Shown: positions 1 through 10,564 of the stretch, piece by piece
Numbering within the stretch: position 1 is the stretch's first letter
Layout of the letters: each line of letters starts with the position of its first letter
Assembly (NCBI GenBank): GCA_000934665.2
Contig: JYFJ02001985.1
Span: forward strand, 1-64,000
Direction: 5' to 3'
From: Catajapyx aquilonaris
Lineage: Eukaryota
DNA length: 64,000 nucleotides
The notes under the pieces: model-generated
The model's database searches: none
Seen by the model: only the letters and a program-made list of their open reading frames with translations
What the model was told of the DNA's origin: nothing
Made by a program: the position numbers and the translations under genes

Positions 1-129
1 GCCAACATGGTATAGCCATAATTATTACAAAGGTAACTACCAAATCAATAATAAAGTAATATAAGTAATATAAGTCACTCCTATGGAAAAGTCTTTCCAT
101 AACCCGAGCAACGCCGGGTATCCTGCTAG
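1..129 (+). mobile_element. 3' end of a non-autonomous Helitron-like element (5' part lies outside the window)
   Basis: GC-rich hairpin CCCGAGCAACGCCGGG (103-118) followed 7 nt later by CTAG|T (126-129), the typical Helitron 3' terminus; a near-identical terminus recurs at 42876-42903. Confidence 0.55.
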
Positions 130-318
130 TTATCACTAATCAAGTTAGGGCTGGGTCACTGGATGAACACAAGCCCCCAGGAGATATCATTCACCATGCA
201 CCACTTCTACCCTGGTGGAGGCCACAGCCACAACTTCACCTCCTCGTACTGTACACTGAAGAAGCAACATCAGTAGGCCTTCCATACAGTAAGTAAGAAA
301 AACGTAGCAAGAACAGAC

Positions 319-1052
319 GAGGGGCTGAGGATCAAAAACCGCCAACTGACATTTTATGAAAAAATGAGATAGGCACGGAATATGCTTCTGGTGGGTTCCC
401 TACACATTACCCCTGAATTTCGTGTCAAAAAGCGCACCACTTCCCCTGGTAATCGAGGGTTGAATAGCAGGCTGAGGATCAAAACCCGCCAACTGCGAAG
501 CGAATCTCCGAGAAATGTGAATCAAAAACCGCCAACTACTACGTCAGAAATGAGGGAAGTGTTGAAAATGTTTCAAAAACCGTCTATACTGCAGCGGTTC
601 CCGGTTTTTCGGTTGCGCGCGCAACACGGCAAGTCCTGACATGGCGTCCAAGGCAGTGGGCTGCTGCTGGGAGCGTTTCTCCTTTTCCAACAAACAGACA
701 GTTATGCAGATATTAAAAAATAGTTTTGTAGTTTTCATGACAATGTTATTATTATTGCCTGCACCGAAATCGATTGAAATCGACCATCCACCATGGGCTT
801 TTCGCATCAAAACGCGCCAAGTACGTTGGGTAAGAATCAAAAACCGCCAACTGCAAGAATCAATAATTTATTGTGGACGATGGAATGCAATTAGATTTTC
901 AATATGTGGATGTATCAATAGCTTATGTGCCTACTTTACCGCATCCAAAAGTTCACTCCTTTGACTGTTATAGTAACTAAATGACAGGTTTTCCTCGATT
1001 ATCTCAGCTTCACTGTTCATGTAGTTGGGGTTGTTTTCATCCTCAGCCCCTC
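319..1052. mobile_element. Non-autonomous TIR element, Sola2-like termini
   Basis: TIR GAGGGGCTGAGGATCAAAAACCGCCAACT / AGTTGGGGTTGTTTTCATCCTCAGCCCCTC; 4-bp duplication AGAC (315-318, 1053-1056); internal direct repeats of ATCAAAAACCGCCAACT. Superfamily inferred from the GAG..CTC ends and 4-bp TSD. Confidence 0.7.
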
Positions 1053-2432
1053 AGACCTCACTTAACTCCAATGCGTAATTCATAGGGGTTAGTCTTATGA
1101 GTTATGACAACAGTGTTGGGGTGGGGGTCCTCGCGGGCAAGAGGAACCAAATTTCCCAAAATTTGACAACATATTGCACAAATGTGCATGATTAAACGTT
1201 GATTATAATCCTGAATCTGTCTTGGCTTGTTTCTTTTTGTGACGACAGCAGTACAATAGGGGCCCAAGTGGGAAAACATAAAATGTTCAAGAATCTAATT
1301 ATACCGTTTAAGATCAATCCACCAATTTGTGCCCAACCCTCTTTTTCTCGCCCAATTTTTATGGAAGAAGGTAAATAACGAGAATCAAAACATGTAGCAT
1401 CGTAATTAACCACTTTGGCAGCACTTTCTATCTTTATTTAACAACCTGTAGTGAGGTGAAGGTCAGTGGTGAGTTGGTTCTCAAGAAATAAATTAGACTG
1501 TCAAGCACAGCCACATTTAAGGTGTTTATTGGACTTTCCAACCATTAAGGTTCCCAAGCCCTTACACTAAACTAATACACAAATAATCAACTACAACAAT
1601 AAATTTAAAACATGGGTAATCAAGCGTCGAGCTTCCAGTCAAGTCATCCAGTCCATCAAACAATCAGGCCACCAGTCAACCAGTCAACACACTATCAATC
1701 GTTCAGACATCTCATCACATCATCCAACCACCAAGCCAGTCCACCAGCTCTCGCCTCAGGTCAGCGCCGCGCCTGTTGTCCGCACCCTCGTCCTCTTCTT
1801 CCTTTCCACTGCAACGCCCCAGCATCAGAATCCGCATCAGCATCAAGTTCAGGCATCTGAAGTCCAGCAGCAGCAATTGGATACCACTCAGGTCCTGTCC
1901 CCTTCTCCTCCTCTTCCACTCCTCCCCGGAGGCCCAACCCTGTCAGCCGAAGTCCTTCCGTCAATCTTCCTCATACGATTTAGGTCCGCCATGAATTTTC
2001 TTCCTTCAAGATAGCTTCAACGCGAAGGCAAACTCATTAAAGAGTTAGTGTGGGTGTCAGAAATTGGGTCTACTGAAATCTGTCATTTGCCAATTGATGA
2101 CACCCTCAGAAATATGTTTATTTACATTCGAATTGTTACATTTACGATCGTATTGTTAGAGAAAACGATCTAATTAAGGAACATTCGATGAATAAGTAGC
2201 ATTATCAGTCGTGTACGATGATCGGATCCAATCTAAATGACACCCTCTGTCATAAATAAGATGCTAGGCTGTCAGGAATTGGTATTTCATGCGTTTTCGA
2301 GACATGTTGACATTTTTTGGACTTTTATTTCTAAACTTAACTTTTTGCCGATGCACGGATAATTCGCAACAGGGACAATAGGGAGTGCAATGTACATACC
2401 GCTATTCAGAAAGAGGCATAGTGATAGAGTGA

Positions 2433-2810
2433 GCCAGACTCACAACCAAAGTAACTCTTCTTACCCTCCTGAATTTTGAAAAGTTTTGGATTTTCTAATT
2501 CTGCTTGGCCTATAGTGTTGAGAAAACATCACCTCCGCTGCTAATTTCCCCGTTAGCAGGGTGAAAATACAGCCAAAAGGCGATGTTCCGAAGCCACAAC
2601 ACCTGCATCCGGTCGCGAGTCGCCGGTCCCGACTGCCCGGTCGCGGTCGCCTTTCACCGCGTCTGTAGCTCTCTCTGGTGCCTCGAAGGAGAAGGGTCAT
2701 CTCGCACGCTTTGAAGTCCAATGATATTATAATAATGGAGAGCCAAGACTCGAAGGCTCTTCATTATTATAATCGCCTTCGACTTCAAAGCGTGCGAGAT
2801 GACCCTTCTC
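2433..2810. mobile_element. Truncated copy of the long-palindrome MITE also present at 59806-60592
   Basis: 2440-2620 aligns by eye with 59812-59990 (CACAACCAAA...TTACCCTCCT..ATTTTG...CTGCTAATTT...GAAGCCACAACAC); internal inverted pair AGAAGGGTCATCTCGCACGCTTTGAAGTC / GACTTCAAAGCGTGCGAGATGACCCTTCT; the rest of the right arm is missing. Confidence 0.65.
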
Positions 2811-3164
2811 CTTCACATGAGTCCGGTGAAGTCTTAAATAAAGAGAAGAGAGTCGCTTCTCTTCTACTGAGTCCGGTGGTGTCGCCACTGGTCTAGCCCC
2901 TGAAGAAAACTGGGCAAAGCGCTCTCAAGCGGGCACCTCCCACAAACCGCCCCGCTTGACCCCCAAAGGCGCCCAAAGGCGATAAGAGGAGATAAGAGGG
3001 TAGTGTCCGGGGGCTGCTCCGGTCCTGCTGTTCGACAAAATAACCTTACTGGAAGACGTGGTAGAGAGGAAAACAGGTGAGGCTAACATACAGCCAACCT
3101 GATCATGAACACCATCCTCAACACCGGGGCAAGATGTCTTCCAGGCGGGAGGGAGGGTGGTGGA

Positions 3165-3170
3165 GGGGGG

Positions 3171-3210
<40 letters not shown>
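3165..3210. repeat. Poly-G plus (GA)n microsatellite
   Basis: Directly visible. Confidence 0.95.
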
Positions 3211-3212
<2 letters not shown>

Positions 3213-3949
3213 AACCATTTTTGGCAACTGGCTACCTAGTTTGCTTTAAAATGCGCCATGAATTGTCAATACATGTGTCAAACATTTCTATACTGTATAA
3301 TGATTCTGAAATAGAAGATAACGTTATTGTATAATTTTGAGTTTTGCTTGTGTCTGAAATGCAATTATAATTTTGTGCTACGCAAGGCGTTACTTATTAT
3401 CCATATAAGACGATACTACTAGAATGTAATTGCAAATGTGACACCTGCTGCACGTAAAATGACCATTATTTGCATTACTCTGCAAAGAATTTTTTCATTC
3501 CTTCATGTAATATGCATTCCTAGACGTATTCATTTATTGTTGCTCTTCATTCAAAATTTGCTTTTAACTTCACACTTGTACAGATTCAATGACAAGTGGG
3601 GGGGGGGGNGGGGGGGGGGGGGCGGGTTAACACTCTTCAATACCAACCGTTCATATAAAAAGACCGAAAGACGTTGCCATCCACATTACACTTGCTGGAA
3701 TCAGCAGGGAAGCACTTCAGAAGCAGGTAAGCCTTATTACAACTTACTACATTGAAGATTAATATTTAATTGGGCACCTAGCAAGCTCTCCAAAGGCATA
3801 TTTAAAACATCATTGGCCTAAATATATATTTTTTGCATTACCCCATATCTATTTATATATATGGAGGGTGGATTACCACCATCAGGATTTTTTTTGGAGA
3901 GAGTTAAGGATAATCTTATTAGTATACTCCAAGGTAGTTAGGAGGGGAT

Positions 3950-4153
3950 GTGCAAAGTGCGTGTGCGCGGGCGAGTAGTGGTCATTTTGTGAACTCCCCC
4001 GGGTGGCTTAGTCTATCGGAAATTGCCACCCGAAACGAAGCCAGAGATGGCCCAACTCTGCACGAAAGAAGGTGGGAACCCCGGGTGGGGATTGAACCCG
4101 GGACCTTAAACTTCCGAGGGTGCGCGCGTTACCGCGGCGCCACTCCGTCTCCC
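3950..4153 (-). mobile_element. tRNA-derived SINE, family A, 3'-truncated
   Basis: Minus strand starts GGGAGACGGAGTGGCGCCGCGGTAAC (A box) ... GGTTCAATCCC (B box); body aligns with 55774-55950. Confidence 0.75.
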
Positions 4154-5206
4154 TGGCCTGAATATAATTAACATTTAACCTTTTGTGTGTATATATAATA
4201 ATTATGCTCTTTAATATAGATAAAGCCTCAAGCACAAATATGTCCCAGTTTATGTTTTCATATATGCTACACAAGAACATCACACAGGCCTAAGGTTGGC
4301 TTAATGGTAAACGTGCGAATCTGACTGTCATGAAGACACTGAAGCTTTTTTAGACAGTAGATAATCGTATTTTTAACATGTTTTAAAAATCTGCATATAA
4401 TATTAGAGAGCAGGAAATTAGTACAATATTATTGGAATGATTTCACCTTGGATTTCACATTATCTTTCAAAAGGTTTCCCGGAACGTATTTCTGTTATAA
4501 CTATATGAAGACTGCAAAGTAATTAGAGGCGATTTTATTGCTAATTAGCAATATTACTGTATATTGTCTTTAACTTGGTATGTAGCCTATGCGGACAGTA
4601 TAATTATACCCCTTACACTTGTCGTCGTAGGTCTGTTACGTTTTTTATATAGGAAAATATGGCATAAATGCATAAATAATAGTAAAAGTACTGTATTATT
4701 GGGGACTGGAATTTTTAAAGTTGGGAATTGGAATCTGCGTGAATAGTTAGGTGTAGTACAAAGTAAAAGGCAAATAATGGTGCGAGAATCGGAGAATGAG
4801 AGTCAAAATGAGCTCAGATAGGTATCTACAGTATTAATGGGCTCCAAACAATATATTTTAAGTCTCGTTCTGTAGCCTACTGTCCTGTACCACCAACATG
4901 TAGTGAGAGCTCGTAACATTGCTCTTCATCATTCTCATCATTTGTTTGCGTCTGTGTAAGACGTATAGGCAAGTGAGGACGAGCTGGCCATTAAGACCAC
5001 CCATTATATCAATACAACCCCGCTTATATCCCCCTCAATGATGAAATAGTAGACAGCTCCAAAGTGATGAAATTCCCCAGCTCCCATTTCATGTTGGTTG
5101 TAGAGTACCCTAATTTTGATATTTACAGGTGAACTGAGAGCGGGGGCCATAAATCATAGATAATGGTTCCTAATTCAGATCACGGGTTCTATTTTGTTGC
5201 AGAAAA

Positions 5207-6902
5207 ATGACCGGAAAACTCAGGATAATTTTAGCCTTCCTATGTCTGGCAGTTGCTGCTGAAGTGGTTCAGAGCCAGCAGTGTCCTGATGGAGGTTAGT
5301 ATATACATATATGTGTACACAAGCTCCAGTTTTGAAACTCGTAATCTTCATCGCAATAGTCAGATGTTTCAAATTGATCCAGACAAATCTTTATTAGCTG
5401 TTTAAAATATTGCGTACCAGAAGATAACGTTACACGAACCAGCACGAACGTGTCATTCAGATTCATCAATGAGATAATTTATGAACGCCATTATTATAAG
5501 ACTTAATTATGCTGTAATAACCATAATTTCCAGGATATAATTGGACTATAACTGACTATGTAAACGATGATTATAAATTATAAGTCGCATTATTTATAAT
5601 GTACCCCGTTTTCAATATTGATGCGCGTTTTTCAGAAGCTCGCATTGATGACGAGAACTGCCCGGCAGCTGACCCATACGACGTAGAAAGTGATGATGGA
5701 GTTTTGCATCATTGCCAATGCCAGAGTGATAACTACTCTTGCTGCTATAAAGTAGAAGCGGGTAAGTAAGTTCTATTAACTTTTCCATGTACGGTCTTTT
5801 CCATTTCCGTTGAACTTTTATGTTGTTTCGTGCATGTGCCTGATTGTTATTTCCAAAACATGCTCAGATAAATATAAACACCAACATGCACATGGAGTGG
5901 CATGACCTCATAGAATATAGACACTGGAATACTGACTGAAACAATATTCACGGACTCGATAAACTCATTCCTGATTCTCGAAGAACAGAAAGGGGTGGTG
6001 TAAACATTATATAATGATATAGTGTAGTTCAATGCACACAAACAGATAGTAATACAGTATATAGAATGTAATGCAATGATATTCTTCCTGCAATGACAGC
6101 TACTCATCAACATACACAAAGCAGCCGAACTCGTCGCCATGCAAGCGGAGGTAGAAGAGGCCGGGTCCAGCATGGAGGAGGAAGAGGTCGTGGTGGTAGT
6201 GGGCACGGGCGAGTGAACAGTCACTCTGGTGGAGGCCATGGGGGACACGGAAATCAGTATGGGCATGGCGGGAGCTCTGGGGTCTATAATCATGGCAGTG
6301 AGAGTCATCAACAGAATAGTGGATCACACAACAGTCATGAGCAGCATACTGATAGCCACGAACAGAATGGTGGATCACACAACGGTCATGAGCATCATGA
6401 CGGAGCGCAAAATAACCAAAATGACCAGCATGATGATGGAGGGCAACATAATGATGGCGGAAACGGAGGCACAGGCGGTGGTGGAGGTAGCAACGGAGGC
6501 TCAGGCGGCGGTGGAGGTAGCAACGGAGGCACAGGCGGCGGTGGAGGTAGCAACGGAGGCGCAGGCGGTGGTGGAGGAGGATTGGGCACTGGAGGATTGG
6601 GCACTGGAGGATTGGGCACTGGAGGATTGGGCACTGGAGGATTGGGCACTGGAGGATTGGGCACTGGAGGATTAGGCGGTGGTACTGGAAATGGAGGAGG
6701 TCTGACTGGTGGTGCTGGAAATGGAGGAGGTCTGACTGGTGGTGCTGGAGATGGAGGAGGTCTGACTGGTGGTGCTGGAGATGGAGGAGCACTGGGCGGT
6801 AGTGCTGGAAATGGAGGAGGTCTGGCTGGTGGTGCTGGAAATGGAGGAGCATTGGGCGGTGGCGCTGGTTTGGGTGGGGGTGGTATAGGCGTGGGTCGTT
6901 AG
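5207..6902 (+). CDS. Secreted precursor, about 338 aa: signal peptide, acidic 6-Cys module, RTRR site, His/Gly-rich repeat region. Exons 5207-5294, 5636-5761, 6100-6902
   Basis: MTGKLRIILAFLCLAVAAEVVQS signal-like N-terminus; two phase-1 GT-AG introns; the three exons total 1017 nt with one open frame ending in the Gly-rich ORF 6093-6902. Confidence 0.85.
6455..6880 (+). repeat. Coding tandem repeats: 30-bp GGGGGSNGG(T/S/A) x3, 15-bp GGLGT x6, 30-bp GGAG(N/D)GG(G/A)L(T/G/A) x6
   Basis: Units such as GGAGGATTGGGCACT and GGTGGTGCTGGAAATGGAGGAGGTCTGACT are directly visible. Confidence 0.9.
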
Positions 6903-7174
6903 CATTCAGTGTCATGTCCAGGCGAAATGGAATCACCTCATCCATACGTATTAATGCATTCAGTTTCTTCTGGTGTAGATATTTATGTCATCAGCATTGG
7001 AATTTACTGGAAAAATAAATCCGTGAGCATGTGAATATCCTTTTTTATTGCCAACGACCATAAGCGAGTAGGTACTGTTATGATCCCTGCCGAACGTTGG
7101 AGGCCAGGGAAATGAGGAGCAAAGGAAATACTACTGTTCTATAGTTCTGCTAGTCAAAGCAGGGAGCATATATA

Positions 7175-7598
7175 CAGGGTGTATCTGAACTCAGTGCCCC
7201 GACGTATATGACTGCCTTCCTAGCCACCAGAGGATCGATTTAAGTATAGGAATCATTATGTTTGGCCTCCGCATTATGGAGATAATTGGCCGCAAACATG
7301 TAGTACAAAATATCCTGTCGGTTAGGCCACCCATTGAACCCTCCCCCAGTCAGAAGGCTCTGGAAGGTCTGGGGGCGGGACTTTATTGGTTTGTTGCCCA
7401 CAGGTGGTAAGGCCTCTTTGGCTAGTTACACCAGAAAATTCTATTTAAAAGTCAGAAGGAGCGATTAGGAAAAAATCGCTAAAGAGTGTATCTCCGTAAT
7501 GCGGCGGCCAAACATAATGATTCCTATACTTAAATCGATCCTCTGGTGGCTAGGAAGGCAGTCATATACGTCGTGGCACTGAGTTCAGATACACCCTG
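7175..7598. mobile_element. Tc1/mariner-type MITE, copy 1 of 3
   Basis: TA|CAGGGTGTATCTGAACTCAGTGCC...GGCACTGAGTTCAGATACACCCTG|TA; TIRs of about 105 bp; opposite orientation to the copies at 9696 and 42134. Confidence 0.92.
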
Positions 7599-7718
7599 TA
7601 TATGTAGGCTAGTAGGCTATAGGCTCCCTGGTCAAAGAGTCATTTATTTCTTCTATGCAACACTTCATATTGGCGATATTGGCTTCTACTCATGCATTGT
7701 ACTGATGTACAGTATCTA

Positions 7719-8530
7719 CCTGGCTCGGAAATGATTTACACTCTTTCTTTTTCCCGCTGAAGAAGTGGTCCTAGAAGTTCCATTATTCACCACTAGATGG
7801 AACGAGTCTTCCTGAGGGCGCCAGAGAAAATTTGACCCCATTCGTGTCAGTTGCCTCGTCGCAGTGCCCACCGAAAGTAGTGCCCGTAGCTCTCGTCATG
7901 GACAACGTTGCAGGAGACTACCACGGGCAGAGGTGGACCACATGGTTTTTGTGGACGGAAGGAGAGGCAGCGACAGATATTCACAGGCGTTTAGCGAGCG
8001 TGTGTGGTGAAATGTGTGGTGAAAATGAGTGTAAATCATTTCCGAGCGGCGCAGTGACTCTTTCAAGTTCACGAAAAGTCACACGTCTGTCTTGCATGAT
8101 GAGGTCGTTGATCCTCTTCACCTTAGCCGGCGTCCGAGCAGTACAGGGTCTGCCTGTACTCACGCCCTTAGTGATGCTGGCATGCCCTTCCTTAAAAGCA
8201 GCTACCCAGTTGAATACTGTCTTGGACAGGGGGCCAGCTCACCACACACGCTCGCTAAACGCCTGTGAATATCTGTCACTGCCACTCCTTCCGTCCACAA
8301 AAACCATGTGGTCCACCTCTGCCCGTGGTAGTCTCCTGCAACGTTGTCCATGACGAGAGCTACGGGCACTACTTTCGGTGGGCACTGCGACGAGGCAACT
8401 GACACGAATGGGGTCAAATTTTCTCTGGCGCCCTCAGGAAGACTCGTTCCATCTAGTGGTGAATAATGGAACTTCTAGGACCACTTCTTCAGCGGGAAAA
8501 AGAAAGAGTGTAAATCATTTCCGAGCCAGG
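7719..8530. mobile_element. Fold-back mariner derivative built from two inverted transposase 5' ends
   Basis: TA|CCTGGCTCGGAAATGATTTACAC...GTGTAAATCATTTCCGAGCCAGG|TA; arms of about 290 bp are almost identical; minus strand encodes a mariner N-terminal HTH region (FLWTEG..DIHRRL..VCGE / SKTVFNWVAAFKEG..S....STGRP....KVKRINDLIMQDRRVTFRELE) with one frameshift; no DDD catalytic domain. Confidence 0.9.
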
Positions 8531-9384
8531 TAATATAATCTATATGTAATATGCAACAGGTACTTGATAAAGCCGGTCCACCGTAGGCCCAGCGGCTACA
8601 TGTAAATAATTTCCATTGCTTTGGAAACAGCACAAGTTAATTACCTGTCCACTGCTTATTTGCAGCAATATAGCTTTTCTTACGTACCAAAACGTACCAA
8701 ATCCTTCAGAAAATGTGTGCATAATTATGCAAGAAACAGGCCCAATAATTGGACAATCCCTAGGCTACAATGTTAATCACAGAAAACTTTGTTGTTTAAA
8801 AAATAAGCATCTGTGTTGGATATGAAGCTCTTGAATAATTGTGTTAAAACTTTCCAAAAATTTTAAACATCGGTTTTGTCACTTCTGCACTAACAAAATC
8901 GATGTTATTTTATATTACGGTAAAATAAAGTTTTGTCCGATCTCATTATTCGTAGCATTACATTTTGGTGTCCTGTCGGTATTAGCCTACGTTTCACCGC
9001 GTTGACTTTGAGGTTAGGATGCGGTGCCCGATGAACGGCCGGAATGGCAAGCTGGTAATGAAACCGATTCCCAAGGGGGTATTGCGAGGTGAAGTGAAAG
9101 GCCATGAGAACATTTTGGATTTCCCTTTTATATTAATGCAAGAGTCGCGGATCCCTGAAGGCGCGCAGTGATAATGGGTAGTTTGGTATAGCTCTGACTT
9201 GGCCCAATGTAGGCCTATTACAAATCCACTCTTCGTTAGTAGAGGTTATTATCACCCTGATATATCGTTCTTGAAAATAGGTGGGAGGGTGAAATTCAGA
9301 TAGTCTATATAAGGATGTGAATGGAAGCTGATTTTCCGCGAATATAATCAGGGAATGAACATAATCGCTGTAGGCCTACTCATA

Positions 9385-9536
9385 GTGGGAGAAAACCTGA
9401 GGTTGCTAGAAGCCTCCATGGCCCGGGTCAGAGACCCTCCTGACGCAAGCGAAAAGGAGCTCCCGGGCGGGGTTCGAACCGGGACCTTTCGCACAGCAAG
9501 CCGAGACGTTACCGTCTCGGCCACCACGCCTCCCCC
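9385..9536 (-). mobile_element. tRNA-derived SINE, family B
   Basis: Minus strand GGGGAGGCGTGGTGGCCGAGACGGTAAC...GGTTCGAACCC (A and B boxes); head and body match 41791-41920. Confidence 0.75.
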
Positions 9537-9695
9537 TATCAACCTAGTTAAAAATACCCTGCATTTGGACTTATGCATTATTTAGATATCCTAGGATGAG
9601 ATCCAAGCAAGTTCTCTAAATTAACTCAGATTTTATCACTATGTGAATAGGCCAGCCAGAACAACTCTCTTCCTAGACTTTGACATCAGTCTATA

Positions 9696-10121
9696 CAGGG
9701 TGTATCTGAACTCAGTGCCCCGACGTATATGACTGCCTTCCTAGCCACCAGAGGATCAACTTATGTAGAGGAGTCATTATGTCTGGGCAGCCTCATTACT
9801 GAGATACACTCTTTAGTGATTTTTGCCTAATCGCTCCTTCTGACTTTTAAATAGAATTTTCTGGTGTAACTGGCCAAAGAGGCCTTACCACCTGTGGGCA
9901 ACAAACCAACAAAGTCCCGCCCCCAGACCTTCCAGAGCCTTCTGACTGGGGGAGGGTTCGATGGGTGGCCTAACCGACAGGATATTTTGCACTACATGTT
10001 TGCGGCCAATTATCTTAGTAATGCGGCGGCCAGACATAATGACTCGTATACTTAAATCGATCCTCTGGTGGCTAGGAAGGTAGTCATATACGTCGGGGGC
10101 ACTGAGTTCAGATACACCCTG
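9696..10121. mobile_element. Tc1/mariner-type MITE, copy 2 of 3
   Basis: Same TIR and core as 7175-7598, inverted; left TA intact, right flank reads ATA. Confidence 0.92.
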
Positions 10122-10564
10122 ATATAGTGTATGTAGTGGAGAAAATGTTCAACTGTAACTTCATTTTACATTATCCAACATTTCTCATTCATGACATTAT
10201 CAGATGGCACCCATATTTAATTTTCGACGAAAAAATTGAAATTAACCTGAGGATGTTGCGGATAACTAATAACTATAGGTGATTTACATTTATGGTAGGC
10301 CTATATAAACGTTATTAAATTATTATTATTATTATTATTATTATTATTGATACCTTGAACACAACACATGACAGCCATGGTATCACTGTGTCGGTTCAAA
10401 TCTTCGTGTCAGCAACTAATAATCTAATCGAGCGCACCCTGAGATAAGAAACCATTTCACGTGCAGTTAAACTGGGATATCTCATAGAAGGTGCAAGTGA
10501 ATATTTTCAAGACAATGAAAATAATACCAAAATGTAAGAGGCTTGTTTAAGAGTCAGCAAAGAA

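Noticed and set aside
319..855. CRISPR-like repeat array
   Set aside because: Irregular spacing, degenerate 17-bp units, enclosed by TIRs with a TSD, eukaryotic context and no cas genes.
1447..1980. Possible solo LTR
   Set aside because: Starts TGTAGTGAGG and has low-complexity LTR-like content, but there is no clean CA end, TSD or second copy.
2860..3145. Hammerhead ribozyme or Penelope fragment (CTGAAGA core; CTGGAAGAC...GTCTTCCAG inverted pair)
   Set aside because: Could not assemble the three stems and GAAA core needed for a hammerhead fold.
3598..3626. Poly-G tract with N (likewise poly-C with Ns at 61654-61685) as G-quadruplex elements
   Set aside because: Ambiguous bases indicate unresolved homopolymers; true length and sequence are unknown.
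6100..6945. Alternative-frame and antisense ORFs (ALEDW, PILQC, PVPNP repeats)
   Set aside because: Shadows of the Gly-codon repeats; only the Gly-rich frame joins the signal-peptide exons.
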